DNA of 45,412 nt, from positions 1 through 45,412 of IMG/VR virus record IMGVR_UViG_3300017821_000005. One strand, given 5' to 3'. Positions 27,843 through 39,159 of the stretch are shown in pieces (positions within the stretch are counted from its first letter, which is position 1; each line of letters opens with the position of its first letter). Below the pieces are notes generated by a model. The model saw only the letters and a list, made by a program, of their open reading frames with translations. It had not been told where the DNA came from and did not search any database. Source of the stretch: a virus (lineage: Duplodnaviria; Caudoviricetes). Both the position numbers and the translations under genes were made by a program.

Positions 27843-29369
27843 TCATCGGTTCACAAGGGCATTGATCAAAACGTCATTTACGGCACCGGATTCCTTCGCC
27901 GCGACCATAAACGTCACGCTCTGCCGAGCGGACCTAGTAGCAATAGATTGAGTAGCTACCGGAGGTGCATACACATAATAACCCTTCGACAGAGTATCTC
28001 CTGGATTTAAACTACCAAAACCAGCAGCTGTCCACGTACCTGGCGCTAAAAACCCGTTATAAACATAAGCAGCGCACGAGCTTTGAATAGTCACTGTGAT
28101 ATCATGCATACCAGGATCAGTTTGAGGTATCTTTGTTGGTGTTGTTACCATAAGGTTAAACACATCAGTCTGGATCCTATTAGCAAAAGCATCCATACCA
28201 AAGATTTCGTCTATATAAGCATTAGCCGCCATCATACCATTAACAATAATAGCAACGCCATTGTTGAACAACGTGTAGTAATTATACCGTTTACTGTCAA
28301 GCGAGTCGGCTTGGGTCGCTGTCAATGTTTCATAAGTCACGCCAGCTATTTGCTTCCACATGACATTGATCATCGAATTTTGCGCTTCGAGATTAACGGT
28401 TAGCAAAATCCCGAATATCCCGGCCTCGGCATAAGCAGATTCGGATGAGTATTGACAAAAAGTACGATCGTAGCCAGCTGCCATCAATTCAGAGCCAATA
28501 TCTGTTAAATTATTCACCTCAAGCGCTGTAGTCTCGGAGGTTACCAAACCAAACATATGTGGATTACCCGAAGACGGCCCGCTCGCTTCAATATAAGCAG
28601 CGATGGCTAAGTAATCTGAATCGGCAATGTCTCCGTTATTGCTACCGGCTGCGAACATTAATGCATACCACTGCGTTGGCAGTTGATCTAAAATTGTAAC
28701 AGCAGTAATAGCAGATTCAGCCGCAATTCCAGCTACAGCATAGTCAGCAGTAGCAGCAGTACCTTTCAACTGCGCGCTGATGTCCACACCACCACCAGCC
28801 GTCAAAAAACTTACTGTGCTAAGGGTTCCGGTTACACCAGAAGTAATTACAAATTGGCCCTCCTGGGCAAACCATTTACAAGTAGCACTACTAAAACCAC
28901 CACCACCAACGTTCTGTAAACCAGTTTGGATAACCGCAGCGACGCCGTTCAAATTTGTCTGTGTAGAAAAATTCAAGCCAGTAACATCTGCCGGCGTGCC
29001 ATCAATACTAACCGTAAACGAGCCATTCGTTAAAGGTGTCCAATTCGACATCGCTTGTTGGGCGCCAGATAGTACACCACAAACAAGAGAGCCGGCTGTT
29101 GCCGTCTTCGCCCAACGGCCTATATAGACTTGAGTTGGTTCCGGAGACTGGCTGAAAAATATCTCCGCTGCGTAAAACTCGGGCGCGGTAGTACCAAAAT
29201 CGCCCTCGACTTCAGCTATGCTATTGTAGCTTCTGATACGCTGATAGGTATCAATAACATTAGAATCGCCCATGATCAGCAGCGTATCAAAATTTTCATA
29301 CGCAGCGCCAGGCGGAGTTAAGCTAATAGATACGCTAACAACCCGCGATACCGGAAGACCTAGAGGCAT
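27843..29369 (-). CDS. tail sheath protein (DUF3383)
   Basis: GLPVSRVV.V, DFG...PEF.AA..FFSQSP.P, IGRWA, KIPQTD.G, KGYYVY. Confidence 0.92.
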   Translation of the reverse strand: MPLGLPVSRVVSVSISLTPPGAAYENFDTLLIMGDSNVIDTYQRIRSYNSIAEVEGDFGTTAPEFYAAEIFFSQSPEPTQVYIGRWAKTATAGSLVCGVLSGAQQAMSNWTPLTNGSFTVSIDGTPADVTGLNFSTQTNLNGVAAVIQTGLQNVGGGGFSSATCKWFAQEGQFVITSGVTGTLSTVSFLTAGGGVDISAQLKGTAATADYAVAGIAAESAITAVTILDQLPTQWYALMFAAGSNNGDIADSDYLAIAAYIEASGPSSGNPHMFGLVTSETTALEVNNLTDIGSELMAAGYDRTFCQYSSESAYAEAGIFGILLTVNLEAQNSMINVMWKQIAGVTYETLTATQADSLDSKRYNYYTLFNNGVAIIVNGMMAANAYIDEIFGMDAFANRIQTDVFNLMVTTPTKIPQTDPGMHDITVTIQSSCAAYVYNGFLAPGTWTAAGFGSLNPGDTLSKGYYVYAPPVATQSIATRSARQSVTFMVAAKESGAVNDVLINALVNR

Positions 29370-29397
29370 TGTCCCAGACTCCTACAATAAAGAATTT

Positions 29398-30090
29398 TCA
29401 GGTGATGCCTGGGGGAGTAACCAGTACATCTTCATGGATCGTCGTTTCGCCTTGTGTTTCAACTGTCACTGACACCGACGCTGACAGGATATTTAGTATT
29501 GGATAAGTTCGTCTAATCTCACGATGGATTCGGACATGGCGATCAACCCGCCGCCACCATTTATTCTTTATCATCTCAGGCACAACAACCCGATGGTGCC
29601 AATCAACTAAACCCATTGCATTTAGTTGCAACACCTCAGAATTTTGTGGCACTGATAATCCATCCCGCAACAAGCCATCATACCAATCCGCCTCTGGTCC
29701 ATAAAACGCACACAATAATGAGAATATTTCATGCTGCTTCACAATCGATCGGCCGCCATGCGCTGGATCATGCAACCTATATGCCCAACCAGGATCCAAC
29801 TCCGATTCAGTAATTCCAACCGCTACCCAATTAGTCCAAAAATCTGGGATATTTGGAGGCTCTGGCTGCCATAATGGGCGAACGTAAGTCGGATCTAAAC
29901 AAGTAATACCAGATATATATTGTTGGCAGAAATCATCGAGAGGCTGGCCATCTCGCGGATATGGACCACCCAGATAACCTTCGTCTAATCCATTACTTTG
30001 CATATCAAAGGTGAGTCTAAACAAGCCGGGCCCTGGCGGTAGAAAGCCTCGCTGAGAAGAGTTCTCTGCAATTGAAGGCGTATCAGCCAT
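29398..30090 (-). CDS. tail terminator / neck protein
   Basis: GIT.L....VRP.WQPEPP..P, W.AVG, FYGP, RDGL...QN. Confidence 0.8.
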   Translation of the reverse strand: MADTPSIAENSSQRGFLPPGPGLFRLTFDMQSNGLDEGYLGGPYPRDGQPLDDFCQQYISGITCLDPTYVRPLWQPEPPNIPDFWTNWVAVGITESELDPGWAYRLHDPAHGGRSIVKQHEIFSLLCAFYGPEADWYDGLLRDGLSVPQNSEVLQLNAMGLVDWHHRVVVPEMIKNKWWRRVDRHVRIHREIRRTYPILNILSASVSVTVETQGETTIHEDVLVTPPGIT

Positions 30091-30091
30091 T

Positions 30092-30562
30092 TTAATGAAT
30101 ACTGTTTGCGGTTTTAGCTAATAACCGAAAATTAGGATGTGCCTCAGCCGCTTTGACGATTTCTGCATTGCTGTGGTGAGCAAGTAAATCTACAGCAGAT
30201 ACAACAGCTTTTGTCGCATCACCGCCGCTAGCCACTGCACGCAGTTGAGCAGCTACCAACGTATGGGACACATGCGCTACAGGATCCATATCGGTCTTAG
30301 CAGCGTAAGCAAGCCTACGTTCACGAATAACTGCTTTAGCCGCCCGTTCAGCACGGTTCTTTGATGCTACGTCCTGACCCTTACTTCGTTTCCAACGATC
30401 AAGGTTATCGTTATAAATTACTTCTTGCCGCTCCGCTTCTGCTTCGTGCCGTGATGCTAATTCCAAATCTTTGTTAAGAATATGTAGCGATGACAATTTA
30501 TCATGCCATGCTACCATCTCCAACATCGCCGATGAGGATGCGTCTCTTCTAGTGTTTTGCAT
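30092..30562 (-). CDS. hypothetical protein
   Basis: 156-aa helical, Ala-rich ORF tiling the operon. Confidence 0.7.
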   Translation of the reverse strand: MQNTRRDASSSAMLEMVAWHDKLSSLHILNKDLELASRHEAEAERQEVIYNDNLDRWKRSKGQDVASKNRAERAAKAVIRERRLAYAAKTDMDPVAHVSHTLVAAQLRAVASGGDATKAVVSAVDLLAHHSNAEIVKAAEAHPNFRLLAKTANSIH

Positions 30563-30572
30563 AGTTCATCTC

Positions 30573-30761
30573 TCAGACAGCTTTAGGGGGTAGAAACCAG
30601 TTCACGAGTGCTTTGATCGCTGGCGGTGACGCGATCAAGAGTCCAGCCATACCTGCTATCGCCGCGTCATCAGGAGAATGGATGGGCCATGTCAAAAGCC
30701 ATTTCAAAACAGGTATAAGGATCGCCGTCGAAAGAATGCCTGAGCTGTGCGTCGCATTCAT
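30573..30761 (-). CDS. small 2-TM membrane protein (holin-like candidate)
   Basis: Two hydrophobic segments in 62 aa. Confidence 0.55.
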   Translation of the reverse strand: MNATHSSGILSTAILIPVLKWLLTWPIHSPDDAAIAGMAGLLIASPPAIKALVNWFLPPKAV

Positions 30762-30773
30762 ATCTTAAACCTT

Positions 30774-31169
30774 TCAGTGCGCCGACTTTGAAGGTACATG
30801 TTCGTCCCAGAGGTTAATGCAGCGTGCGAGGGCCTCAGCCTGTTTCTCCTGCGCGGCGAGGATCGCGGCATGCTCCTGCATCATGCGCGCAATATCATCG
30901 CGGATTGTCTTCTGTGCTGCCAAGACTTCAGCATTCTGACTGCGGCGCGTATCATTATATGCGATGATTTTGTCCTCATTCGCGAGGATCACCCGGTCAT
31001 TGTCTAGTTCCTGCATATTAGCCTTATGGCACGCCTCTAGCGCCTCACGTATGTATCCTTGGTTGATCTTAATCTCTTCAGTCTGACGGCGCGTGTCGAT
31101 GACTATTCCTAGCAAGGAGATTATCACTATAATAAAGCTTACCACGTAAATCCATAAAGGGCGCGACAT
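30774..31169 (-). CDS. N-terminal TM plus coiled-coil protein (i-spanin-like candidate)
   Basis: LWIYVVSFIIVIISLLGIVI followed by a heptad-rich region. Confidence 0.55.
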   Translation of the reverse strand: MSRPLWIYVVSFIIVIISLLGIVIDTRRQTEEIKINQGYIREALEACHKANMQELDNDRVILANEDKIIAYNDTRRSQNAEVLAAQKTIRDDIARMMQEHAAILAAQEKQAEALARCINLWDEHVPSKSAH

Positions 31170-31170
31170 A

Positions 31171-31428
31171 TCATCGATCCTTATTTTCTAAGTTCGACAG
31201 CCGACGCATGAGATCAAAATTCTCGTCGCGTAATCGCCTGCATTCGGTCCGGCACTCATCCAGACTCCGGCTCTGGGCCTCAACCTTATTCTCAAGAACA
31301 TCGACCTCAGCCTTCAGTGCAGTGATCGTCCCAGCTGCTGTGGTCTGTCGCAGGCTGAACGTATCAGTGACCATCGAGGCCACGGCGATAACTGCGAAAC
31401 CTATAGCAACTCCTGTTCCAATATCCAT
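31171..31428 (-). CDS. N-terminal TM plus coiled-coil protein
   Basis: GVAIGFAVIAVASMV followed by a coiled coil. Confidence 0.6.
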   Translation of the reverse strand: MDIGTGVAIGFAVIAVASMVTDTFSLRQTTAAGTITALKAEVDVLENKVEAQSRSLDECRTECRRLRDENFDLMRRLSNLENKDR

Positions 31429-31438
31429 AATGTACTGC

Positions 31439-31759
31439 TCACGGGACTAATGCTCCTGCTCCTGGAATGCCGAGCTTCAGCAGCTCAGCGAGCAGATCGG
31501 TAGCAACTGGTTGGCATGACGGTGAAGCGATCGCTATCTTAAACGCACGCTGTTCTTCGACCGCTGTAAACACGCCTGGCTTACCGCCGGCAGCGGCGAT
31601 GGCGCTAGTAATCGTCTCCCACACAGGCCAGCACTGCGCGCCTGCTGTATCTCCCACCGCAGCAGCGATCCCCGCCGCCGTTGCGGCGTCTTGGGCGCCG
31701 TATTGTCCTACTTGGGCGCACCCGGATAGGAGTACGAGCACCAGGAGCATATACCTCAT
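31439..31759 (-). CDS. lipoprotein
   Basis: MRYMLLVLVLLSGC lipobox; start reassigned to 31759. Confidence 0.7.
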   Translation of the reverse strand: MRYMLLVLVLLSGCAQVGQYGAQDAATAAGIAAAVGDTAGAQCWPVWETITSAIAAAGGKPGVFTAVEEQRAFKIAIASPSCQPVATDLLAELLKLGIPGAGALVP

Positions 31760-31857
31760 ATCAAGGAAGGTGTTAAGGATTCCCCGGAAACCCAATTGGC
31801 TGATCACCTGGTAGGACCTCCCCCAACATAACTACATACATCCAGCGTGCCCTTGTT

Positions 31858-31969
31858 AGAAATCGATTTCAAGCGTCGCTGATACGCATATTTGCGCGAC
31901 GCGTCATTGATACGCGATTTCGCATTCATCGCATGAGCGACGTTTCTAGACGTGCCAGAATCGATTCTA
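31858..31969 (+). repeat. dispersed ~110-bp element, copy B
   Basis: AATCGATT at 31861 and 31959; core 15-mer at 31900-31914. Confidence 0.9.
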
Positions 31970-32040
31970 ATTCGATGTTCGATCACGAACGTCGATTTGA
32001 CGGCTGACCTACCAACCGAAACGCGCACTGTCAGAGCGCC

Positions 32041-34035
32041 TTACGGCCCCGGCGTCACGCCTGCCTCTATGCCGGCGTTCGCCTCTACGTATCCGCACGT
32101 CCCGGGCGTCGATCCGCTGCATGGCGGGATCGTCGTTGTGCCCGATACGGTCAATCCCTGACTCGATGCACACGTCGTCTGTATAGAATAAAAGAAGCAT
32201 GCCTGATTCGTCGTCCATTCGTTCTGTATGCTGACACCAGTCTCTGTGTTGTCGCCATTGGCATACACGAAGCAATTGCCGGTATTTATGTTATAATTAC
32301 ACGAGTTAGTCGTCAGAGGACTATCGGTCACATTGTTAGTAAACGTTAAATTGTTAGAGTAACTATCTACGAAATATGTGCCCTCGCGATACCTGGTGGA
32401 GTTGCCGCCTATCCCGGTGCTATAGTTGTTAGAGTAAGAGACGACTTCTGGCCCGTTGGTATAGAAGTCGCCGCAGTCCTCATATGGAGGCGTGCAGATC
32501 GTGTTCGTCTTGGAATTGGTTATGGAGTTATTCGCGTTGTAGTTAGATGCGAAGTTGTTCAGATTGCCCGTCGCAAACGCTACCCAGTAGAGGTGATCAG
32601 CTGCCGAGTGGTCGATGGATAGGTTCACGGTATTGGGCGCGTAGACGCAGCCGCCACCGTGGTATTCGAAGTCTGGACTCGCCGTACAATTCAGGTCTTT
32701 GATCGTTATGTTCTTGGTGTACAGGGCCGGGTTGGATTGGTTGTAATCGCTGATCTCCCCCACCTGGATACACCCTCCCGAGCTGTCTTGGCACAAGGCC
32801 GCATATACCGTGACGTTCTGGGTTCCGGCGGCCATGAACATCGCCCGGCCGGCCAAGTGGGTGAACTCGTCGTGGTTGAAGGCCAGGTCGTGCGACCCTC
32901 CGATTATATCAACGCCCGCGGGCAATCGCAGCCCCGTCGAGGGCGTCTCGCAGGAGCCGCTGGCAGGGCAATAGTAGGCAGACTGCCACTCCACATAGCC
33001 GTGGCCCGAAGAATCTGGATCTAACCACGTAGAATGCTCAAAGATCAATCGGTCAAACTCAATGTTGTGGACCCCGGACAGCGAGACCAGCGGGGACGCC
33101 ACCGCCGGAAGCTCGACGTCCAGCGTAGCCATGTTCTCGCCGGTTCGCGGGACATAGTAGAGGATCGTCCCCACTGGGTCCCAATACCAACAGCCCTGTC
33201 CACACGTTGGCAACAATTCATATTGGTTCTCGATCCACATCGGCGTCGGTTGGGTGCCAGGTAACGTCTGAGCAGGCCAGAATGCGGCGATCATATTCGT
33301 CGAGCACGGGCTCTGCGCTGAGAACGTGACGGGAAGCGTGCTGCCGCTCGGGGTAGTTATCGGACAATAAGTCGTCTGCCACCCGTCGCCCGACACGACC
33401 TCGATATGCGTCGGATTGAGCGATGTAGAAAGCGGCTGCGTTCCGCTAGATGGCGTCGTATAGAGGGCCGTCGATATGTTCACTGTCCAACCGGAGGGCT
33501 GGTAAGCGCCACGGACCCGCGTCCCGTGCGTGCCGCCAAAGTACGCCTCGCGAAAGTCAGCTGGGTAGCCCGAAGCTGTCGGCAGGCTTATCTTATATCC
33601 ACCGGCAGTCTGGCATGCGCCGCTGGTGCAGACGCTCCAGCTGTTTGGAACTTGTACGCTGCCGGAGATAATCGCCGTGTTGCTTGACGCGCTCTGCCAA
33701 GTGATATGCCTACCGGGAAGCGGACTGTCGGCTGAAGTGAACGTCCAGCTAGAAGTGAGCCGATACGTCCCGGTCAGAAAGTCGACGGCCATCGTCGGAC
33801 TACCGCTCACTATCTGGGTCTCAACTACGCTCTGCGCATGCGCTGGGGTAGCGAATGCGGTCCCCGTCGTGAGCCCATTGTTGCTGTCACCGCCCGTCAC
33901 GGACACGTAATAGGTGAGGACTGGAGCCGAATTGGCGGTCGCGTGCACCCACGCCAATGCACGGCCGCCGTCAAGCAGCAACAACGCGAGGATCGCCGCT
34001 GCTACATTTCTAGCGATGCTATACCTATGGCCCAT
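32041..34035 (-). CDS. right-handed beta-helix glycan-degrading-like protein with signal peptide
   Basis: [13 protein letters not shown]...AFAT, GTYRL, ISG, G.WY.D...LYY.P (GH141/beta-helix-like); N-terminus ...[17 protein letters not shown]|W. Confidence 0.75.
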   Translation of the reverse strand: MGHRYSIARNVAAAILALLLLDGGRALAWVHATANSAPVLTYYVSVTGGDSNNGLTTGTAFATPAHAQSVVETQIVSGSPTMAVDFLTGTYRLTSSWTFTSADSPLPGRHITWQSASSNTAIISGSVQVPNSWSVCTSGACQTAGGYKISLPTASGYPADFREAYFGGTHGTRVRGAYQPSGWTVNISTALYTTPSSGTQPLSTSLNPTHIEVVSGDGWQTTYCPITTPSGSTLPVTFSAQSPCSTNMIAAFWPAQTLPGTQPTPMWIENQYELLPTCGQGCWYWDPVGTILYYVPRTGENMATLDVELPAVASPLVSLSGVHNIEFDRLIFEHSTWLDPDSSGHGYVEWQSAYYCPASGSCETPSTGLRLPAGVDIIGGSHDLAFNHDEFTHLAGRAMFMAAGTQNVTVYAALCQDSSGGCIQVGEISDYNQSNPALYTKNITIKDLNCTASPDFEYHGGGCVYAPNTVNLSIDHSAADHLYWVAFATGNLNNFASNYNANNSITNSKTNTICTPPYEDCGDFYTNGPEVVSYSNNYSTGIGGNSTRYREGTYFVDSYSNNLTFTNNVTDSPLTTNSCNYNINTGNCFVYANGDNTETGVSIQNEWTTNQACFFYSIQTTCASSQGLTVSGTTTIPPCSGSTPGTCGYVEANAGIEAGVTPGP

Positions 34036-37000
34036 CCAGCGCCTCCGCCTATACCAGCACCTCCAGCTGAAGTATATTCCATGAATTGTATGTATCCAAC
34101 CCCAATGCTCGGGTAATAAGCGTCGTTAGTGACAATCGTCAAATTGGCAACTATGTTAAAATAACCGTTACTAGTATTGTTACCCGAACTGGTCGTAGTA
34201 TTGCGAGCACAGGAGTCGGCCGAAGTGTAGGCACCAGCACCCGCAAAAGCCATTACGACGGCCACACTGCAAGTGACATTCGATTCCCCAAGACCGTCTA
34301 CGTAGGTGACGCGATTCTTAAGATTATTTGCTGAGCCCACGTCTAACGGCTCCCAAGTGCCCGCTGCATGCACGGCCCATTGAGCGCCGTTGTCCGAATC
34401 CTCTGAGGATACCATAACGCGATTGTATCCATTGTAGAGGCCGAGGACAGGGTTGCTACCGCCCGAAACCGCGGCTGCGTGCTGCTGCCATATTGTCGTG
34501 CCGGCGGCTGTCGTATAGATCGTGCCAAGGTAGGTCGCCTCGTTCGCCGTGATGGACCCGTAGTCGGTCGTACCGTTGTAGCAGTGCGCGATCGTCGCTG
34601 CATTCGTGATATATGAGCGCGTGGTCTTGTCGATCGCACTATACCCAGAGCCACGCGCCGTGTTGCTCCCGCTCGTGTCGGAGGCCCACCCGCCGCCGGA
34701 ACCGTTCGTCGCGACACAGATCCTGCTGGCTCCACCATGTACCCACCAGATGTCGAACACGCCGCCTGAGTTGGTGACTCCGGTGCTGCTCGTCGCCATC
34801 GTCAGTGAGACCTGGCACGAGGCAATGGTATCCACTGCGTCCGCGGTCCCGGTGTAGTACGGAACGGCATTCCCGCCGTTGTAGCAGACGTAGTAGATGG
34901 TGCTGGTCGCAGCCACGTCAGCGGTCATGACCGCAGTCCCGGCCGTGAGCGTGAGGCGCCCCTGCGGCATCGGGACACTCGTACCGCCGGTACCGTTTGC
35001 AGCCGAAGTTAGACGCCCCTGCGCGTCTACGGTGATATTGGCGTTCGTGTAGCTACCAGCAGTGACAGCTGTATTAGCAAGTGCCGGAGCCGCGTCGCTC
35101 CTCATGGCGGTGGTCGCACTACCATTCGTCACCGTGCCGCTGACGGTGGCCGTCGGGTTGGCAAAACTGGTGCTGCTCGTCCCGCAGGCTCCGGTCGCCG
35201 GCACCATCACGTTACCCGATGTCAATCCTAGGCAGGAGACCTGCGTTCCAGTTCCGAGCGATGCGGCGGTCAGCGTTCCGTTCAGCACGACGTTCTGAGT
35301 ACCGGTAGACACGCCGAGCGCCACGCTGCCCGCCTTGTCCGACAGTACCACGTCGTAGGTGCTGCCCTGGCCCATCAGATTCAGGCCATTAGTGGCGCTC
35401 AGAAACGCATCGCCCTCGCTGTTCGCCGCTAGGGTAGGGACCGATGCCGTTCCGGCCAGGCCCAGCGTTCCCGCGCCCTGAGTCGGCAGGGCGGTGTTGG
35501 AAATCGCGAGCGAAGCTCCTGCCCCTACAACCATAGCAGCGGTCGTGTTGGTCCCGGACGCGAGCGAGCTGAAGGACGGACTTGGGACGCTCCACCCTCC
35601 ACCAGCGGCGAGGAACTTACCCGCCGCCGCGTCGCCGGAGGCCGGCGCGGGGACCGATCCCTTGACTCCTCCCGACCCGCTGTCCCCAGTGAACGCTGGC
35701 AGCTCCGCCGCGACCTGGGCGTCAGTGAGGTCCGCGGCATTCGCTAACGAGGCCGTGTTGTTGCCCTTAATCGTGTGCGCCGCCATCTGAGCAGAGAGCG
35801 CGTTCGTGATCGCATTGCTGGAGACTGCGGGGGCCGCGTCGCTCCGCATGAACGTGGTGGCGCTACCGTTATGGACCGACCCGTCTATCGACTGCGTCGG
35901 GTTAGCGGCCGTCGGAACGGCTGCAACAGAGATCGTACCGCCTGAGCACGTGGTGTTTGTCCCGCACTCAAGGATACCCTCCTGTGAGGAGGACCCTGCC
36001 TGCACCGCTGGAGCGGCATCAGACCTCATAAAAGTGGCGGCGGAGCCGTTTATAGCGTTAGGGCCGGCTGTGGCCGTGGGATTAGCGGCCGATGGGGGAG
36101 CCGTGACAGTCATGACGCCACTCGTGCAGGACGTGCCTGTCCCACATTCGATGAGGCCCACTTGCGACGACGACCCTAATTGCACTGCAGGGGCCGCGTC
36201 CGACCGCATGTAGGTTGTCGCTGAGCCGTTGATGGCACTCGGTCCTGCTGTAGCCGTCGGGTTACCCGCGGTTCCAGCACCCGAACCGTTCGCCGCCGCC
36301 GTGACGCGCCCGAGCGCATCGACAGTGATGTTGCTGTTCGTGTAGCTGCCTGCCGTGACGCCGGACGCCTGCGCGCCGGGCTGCCAATCGAGCGTGGTCC
36401 CATTGCTAACGAGGCAGCCACCCGCGTTCGGCGGCACGCTGACGCTGTTGCCCGCGGTGAGCGATCCGCCACCCACGATGATGCCGTTGATCGTAGCCCC
36501 GGTAGATGACTGAGAGGTCAGTGTCCAGGTGCCAGTCCCTTGGTTGACATAACAGGTGACAGTCTCATTGGGGAAGTTTGCAATCGCCGGCACGGTCAGC
36601 GTAGCGCTGCTCGTGAGGTTGAGGACCGCTCCGATGTCGGTCGGCGACGTAATGGTGTGGTTGGCCGAGTAGAGAAGATCGACGGAGCCATTGCAGGCCG
36701 CCACCGTCCACGCAGGTGTCGAGTTGCCGACGAGACAGTCGCCATTAACTGCCGGATACTGTGCCTGTAGCGCTGCGTCGAAGTTCGTCTCCAGCTGCGC
36801 AGCACTTGGAGAACCTGATATGTCAGTGAAGGCCAGCTGTCCTACGGTTAACGCAGCACCAGCCGAGACCTGCTTCACTACTTGCGAGGTGCCGCCTGTA
36901 GACGAGAAGTCCGTGGTACCAGCCGGTAGGGTGATAATGGATCCAGTTCCAGCCGCTGCTGCCGATTTGATCTGTAAGGTGCCACTGGTACTGCCATACA

Positions 37001-37931
37001 GTTTGACCGATCCGCCTACGGGACCTGTGACCAAGCCCAGCGTCAGATCACCGTTGCTCAGCGATGCGTCCGCCGCCGCCGTGGCGCTATTCAGAGGAGT
37101 GCTGGAATTATTGGCCAACAGTAGCTCGCCAATTACCGCTGCCCCCGAACCCGATATGCCACCTGGGCAAGTCGCCACCGTCCACGCAGGGGTAGAGTTA
37201 CCCAAAAGGCAATCGCCATTGACCGGTGGATACTGCGCCGCTAATGCCGTATCGAAATTCGTCTCTAACTGTGCGGCACTAGGACTCCCCGATATATCGG
37301 TGAATGCTAACTGACCTACCGTAAATGCAGCGCCGGCGGAGACCTGCTTGACGACCTGGGAAGTTCCGCCAGTCGCAGAGAAGTCAGTCGTGCCTCCGGG
37401 CAGTGTCAAAACCGATCCAGTCCCTGCCACAGCCGCTGGCTTGACCTGTAAGCTCCCGCTGGTGTTTCCCCACATCGTAACTGAGCCAGGGATAGGTCCC
37501 GTAGTAATACCGAGCGTCAGAGCGCCGTTGCTTAGTGCCGCATCAGCCGCCTTAGTAACCGTGGTCCCGCTCGTCCCCGCCTCGGTCACCAGTTGTCCAG
37601 CAACCGAGCTACTGTCCGAGGTCGAAACATTTCCACTCGGTGCGGCCCAGGTTCCGTCGCCGCGCCAGAAGGTCGTTGATGATGCCGACGTGCCGCTATT
37701 CAGATTAGTTACTGGCAGGTTGCCAGTAACGCCGCCGGCTCCAGAACCTGCTAAATTGATCGCTGGAAGGGATGTACAAGTAGTAACAGCAGTTCCCGAC
37801 AATGCAGACGCAAATTGGTTAGAACCACAAGAATAAGGTTGAATTGGACCTTCAAAAGTAGTCCCAGCAGCATCAGCTTCTCTAGTTACTGCCAATGCTA
37901 ATAGGACAATAACCAGGGATAAAAAGCGCAC
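34002..37931 (-). CDS. long Gly/Ser/Thr/Ala-rich repetitive fibre with signal peptide
   Basis: [21 protein letters not shown]|A; four NGSATT(Y/F/A)MRSDAAPA repeats; two [16 protein letters not shown] repeats; PQGRLTL C-terminal domain. Confidence 0.8.
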   Translation of the reverse strand: MRFLSLVIVLLALAVTREADAAGTTFEGPIQPYSCGSNQFASALSGTAVTTCTSLPAINLAGSGAGGVTGNLPVTNLNSGTSASSTTFWRGDGTWAAPSGNVSTSDSSSVAGQLVTEAGTSGTTVTKAADAALSNGALTLGITTGPIPGSVTMWGNTSGSLQVKPAAVAGTGSVLTLPGGTTDFSATGGTSQVVKQVSAGAAFTVGQLAFTDISGSPSAAQLETNFDTALAAQYPPVNGDCLLGNSTPAWTVATCPGGISGSGAAVIGELLLANNSSTPLNSATAAADASLSNGDLTLGLVTGPVGGSVKLYGSTSGTLQIKSAAAAGTGSIITLPAGTTDFSSTGGTSQVVKQVSAGAALTVGQLAFTDISGSPSAAQLETNFDAALQAQYPAVNGDCLVGNSTPAWTVAACNGSVDLLYSANHTITSPTDIGAVLNLTSSATLTVPAIANFPNETVTCYVNQGTGTWTLTSQSSTGATINGIIVGGGSLTAGNSVSVPPNAGGCLVSNGTTLDWQPGAQASGVTAGSYTNSNITVDALGRVTAAANGSGAGTAGNPTATAGPSAINGSATTYMRSDAAPAVQLGSSSQVGLIECGTGTSCTSGVMTVTAPPSAANPTATAGPNAINGSAATFMRSDAAPAVQAGSSSQEGILECGTNTTCSGGTISVAAVPTAANPTQSIDGSVHNGSATTFMRSDAAPAVSSNAITNALSAQMAAHTIKGNNTASLANAADLTDAQVAAELPAFTGDSGSGGVKGSVPAPASGDAAAGKFLAAGGGWSVPSPSFSSLASGTNTTAAMVVGAGASLAISNTALPTQGAGTLGLAGTASVPTLAANSEGDAFLSATNGLNLMGQGSTYDVVLSDKAGSVALGVSTGTQNVVLNGTLTAASLGTGTQVSCLGLTSGNVMVPATGACGTSSTSFANPTATVSGTVTNGSATTAMRSDAAPALANTAVTAGSYTNANITVDAQGRLTSAANGTGGTSVPMPQGRLTLTAGTAVMTADVAATSTIYYVCYNGGNAVPYYTGTADAVDTIASCQVSLTMATSSTGVTNSGGVFDIWWVHGGASRICVATNGSGGGWASDTSGSNTARGSGYSAIDKTTRSYITNAATIAHCYNGTTDYGSITANEATYLGTIYTTAAGTTIWQQHAAAVSGGSNPVLGLYNGYNRVMVSSEDSDNGAQWAVHAAGTWEPLDVGSANNLKNRVTYVDGLGESNVTCSVAVVMAFAGAGAYTSADSCARNTTTSSGNNTSNGYFNIVANLTIVTNDAYYPSIGVGYIQFMEYTSAGGAGIGGGAGWAIGIASLEM

Positions 37932-37935
37932 AGCC

Positions 37936-38376
37936 TTAGTTTCCCATAAAGGAATTTAGCTTGCCTATAATTCCCTCTTTCCTTTCATGTTGCAGATGCT
38001 TCAACTCAGCCTGCGCTTTATGCAGCGCATCTTGTGTCTTACGCAGTTCAGTTTGCACGGCACCTAGTTTAGCGCCGAGCTTCGCCTTATCATCAGCGTC
38101 CTGAGCTTCAGCCAACAAAGCTTCAGCTCGGTATTGCGACTTGGCGTCAGCCTCGACCATACGGTCGTTATCAACAACGTTGAGCAAGCAGTGTAACCGC
38201 GCAATCACCACGTTTGGTGTCACATCGGATGTAGGCAATGCGCACGTTAATCCACTATTAGCTGGCTCGGGCATAGCTGGCACGGCCCCAGTAACAGGCT
38301 CCCCAGCTGCCGCATATCCAACCAACATAAAGGGCAAACCGGCAGCCAATAGGCAGCGCGTTAGTTTAGCGTCCAT
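37936..38376 (-). CDS. signal-peptide plus coiled-coil protein
   Basis: [24 protein letters not shown]|G; C-terminal coiled coil. Confidence 0.6.
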   Translation of the reverse strand: MDAKLTRCLLAAGLPFMLVGYAAAGEPVTGAVPAMPEPANSGLTCALPTSDVTPNVVIARLHCLLNVVDNDRMVEADAKSQYRAEALLAEAQDADDKAKLGAKLGAVQTELRKTQDALHKAQAELKHLQHERKEGIIGKLNSFMGN

Positions 38377-39149
38377 TGGCCGGTCATATTCTGCGCGATC
38401 CACGAAGTCGTGCTATCAGCATATAAACACACGATTGCACCGACCTGCGACGATTGGATGTTACCCGCTGACGCACCAACCGCGCCGCCAAGGGATATCG
38501 TCTGGCCAGTGCCCGCCGTAAACTGAAAGTTTTGCGCTGCATCTACCGTTAAGCAATGATGCTCACCAACAGTTGGTGTCGTTGGCGCAGTAATCGCTAC
38601 AGATCCAGACGCACCAGTGTTATTAAACACAACACCAGAATCAGTATTAGACGTTGTATAGCCTGTGGTTTTAGCGGTGACTGTATAATCCGGCGATGTA
38701 TTAAGCGTCGCCCAGGTCATGGCGTTGGTACCACCAGCACCACTTTCCAATACCTGACCTGAACTGCCAGCCGTCGCCGGCAAATTGAAGTTGTAAGCGG
38801 TCGTCGCTGCAGGGTTTGTAACTGTTACAACAGCACCACTAGTATTATTATTAGCCAAACCAAGGGTACCAGCAGTAGTACCTCCAATCCCAAGAACCGG
38901 AGTTGCTGTGGCTGTTGGTGCCGCTGATGAGCCCGTAGGGTTGCCGAGCACAGTCCCGCCATTTACAGCAGATAAGTCACCCACAGCCGGCTGAGAAGCA
39001 GAAAACGCTCCGGTCGCTGATAACGAGTTTAACCACTGATGCGACGTTTGCGTAAACGTCTGCACTGGTGAGACTAGAGTGGTTGCAGCATAAGCTGGCA
39101 CTGCTAACATAGTCAAAAGTACAACAACAACAGAGCGTAACATCTTCAT
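38361..39149 (-). CDS. short fibre-like protein with signal peptide
   Basis: MKMLRSVVVVLLTMLAVPAYA|A; LPATAGSSGQVL fibre motif; C-terminal beta domain. Confidence 0.75.
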   Translation of the reverse strand: MKMLRSVVVVLLTMLAVPAYAATTLVSPVQTFTQTSHQWLNSLSATGAFSASQPAVGDLSAVNGGTVLGNPTGSSAAPTATATPVLGIGGTTAGTLGLANNNTSGAVVTVTNPAATTAYNFNLPATAGSSGQVLESGAGGTNAMTWATLNTSPDYTVTAKTTGYTTSNTDSGVVFNNTGASGSVAITAPTTPTVGEHHCLTVDAAQNFQFTAGTGQTISLGGAVGASAGNIQSSQVGAIVCLYADSTTSWIAQNMTGQWTLN

Positions 39150-39159
39150 CGGTTTACCC

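Noticed and set aside
31804-32028. 74-aa ORF in the track
   Set aside because: It overlaps repeat copy B, has no SD and no recognisable protein features; more likely non-coding.
13280-37836. Many long + strand ORFs opposite the fibre genes (e.g. 15329-15931, 36691-37314)
   Set aside because: These are antisense shadows of Gly/Thr/Ala-rich codons, giving Pro/Val/Ala-rich nonsense without SDs.
12964-37931. Diversity-generating retroelement or invertase shufflon acting on the fibres
   Set aside because: No reverse transcriptase or invertase is in the window. The duplications differ at synonymous positions of all bases, not only adenines, and the tips are not flanked by inverted crossover sites.
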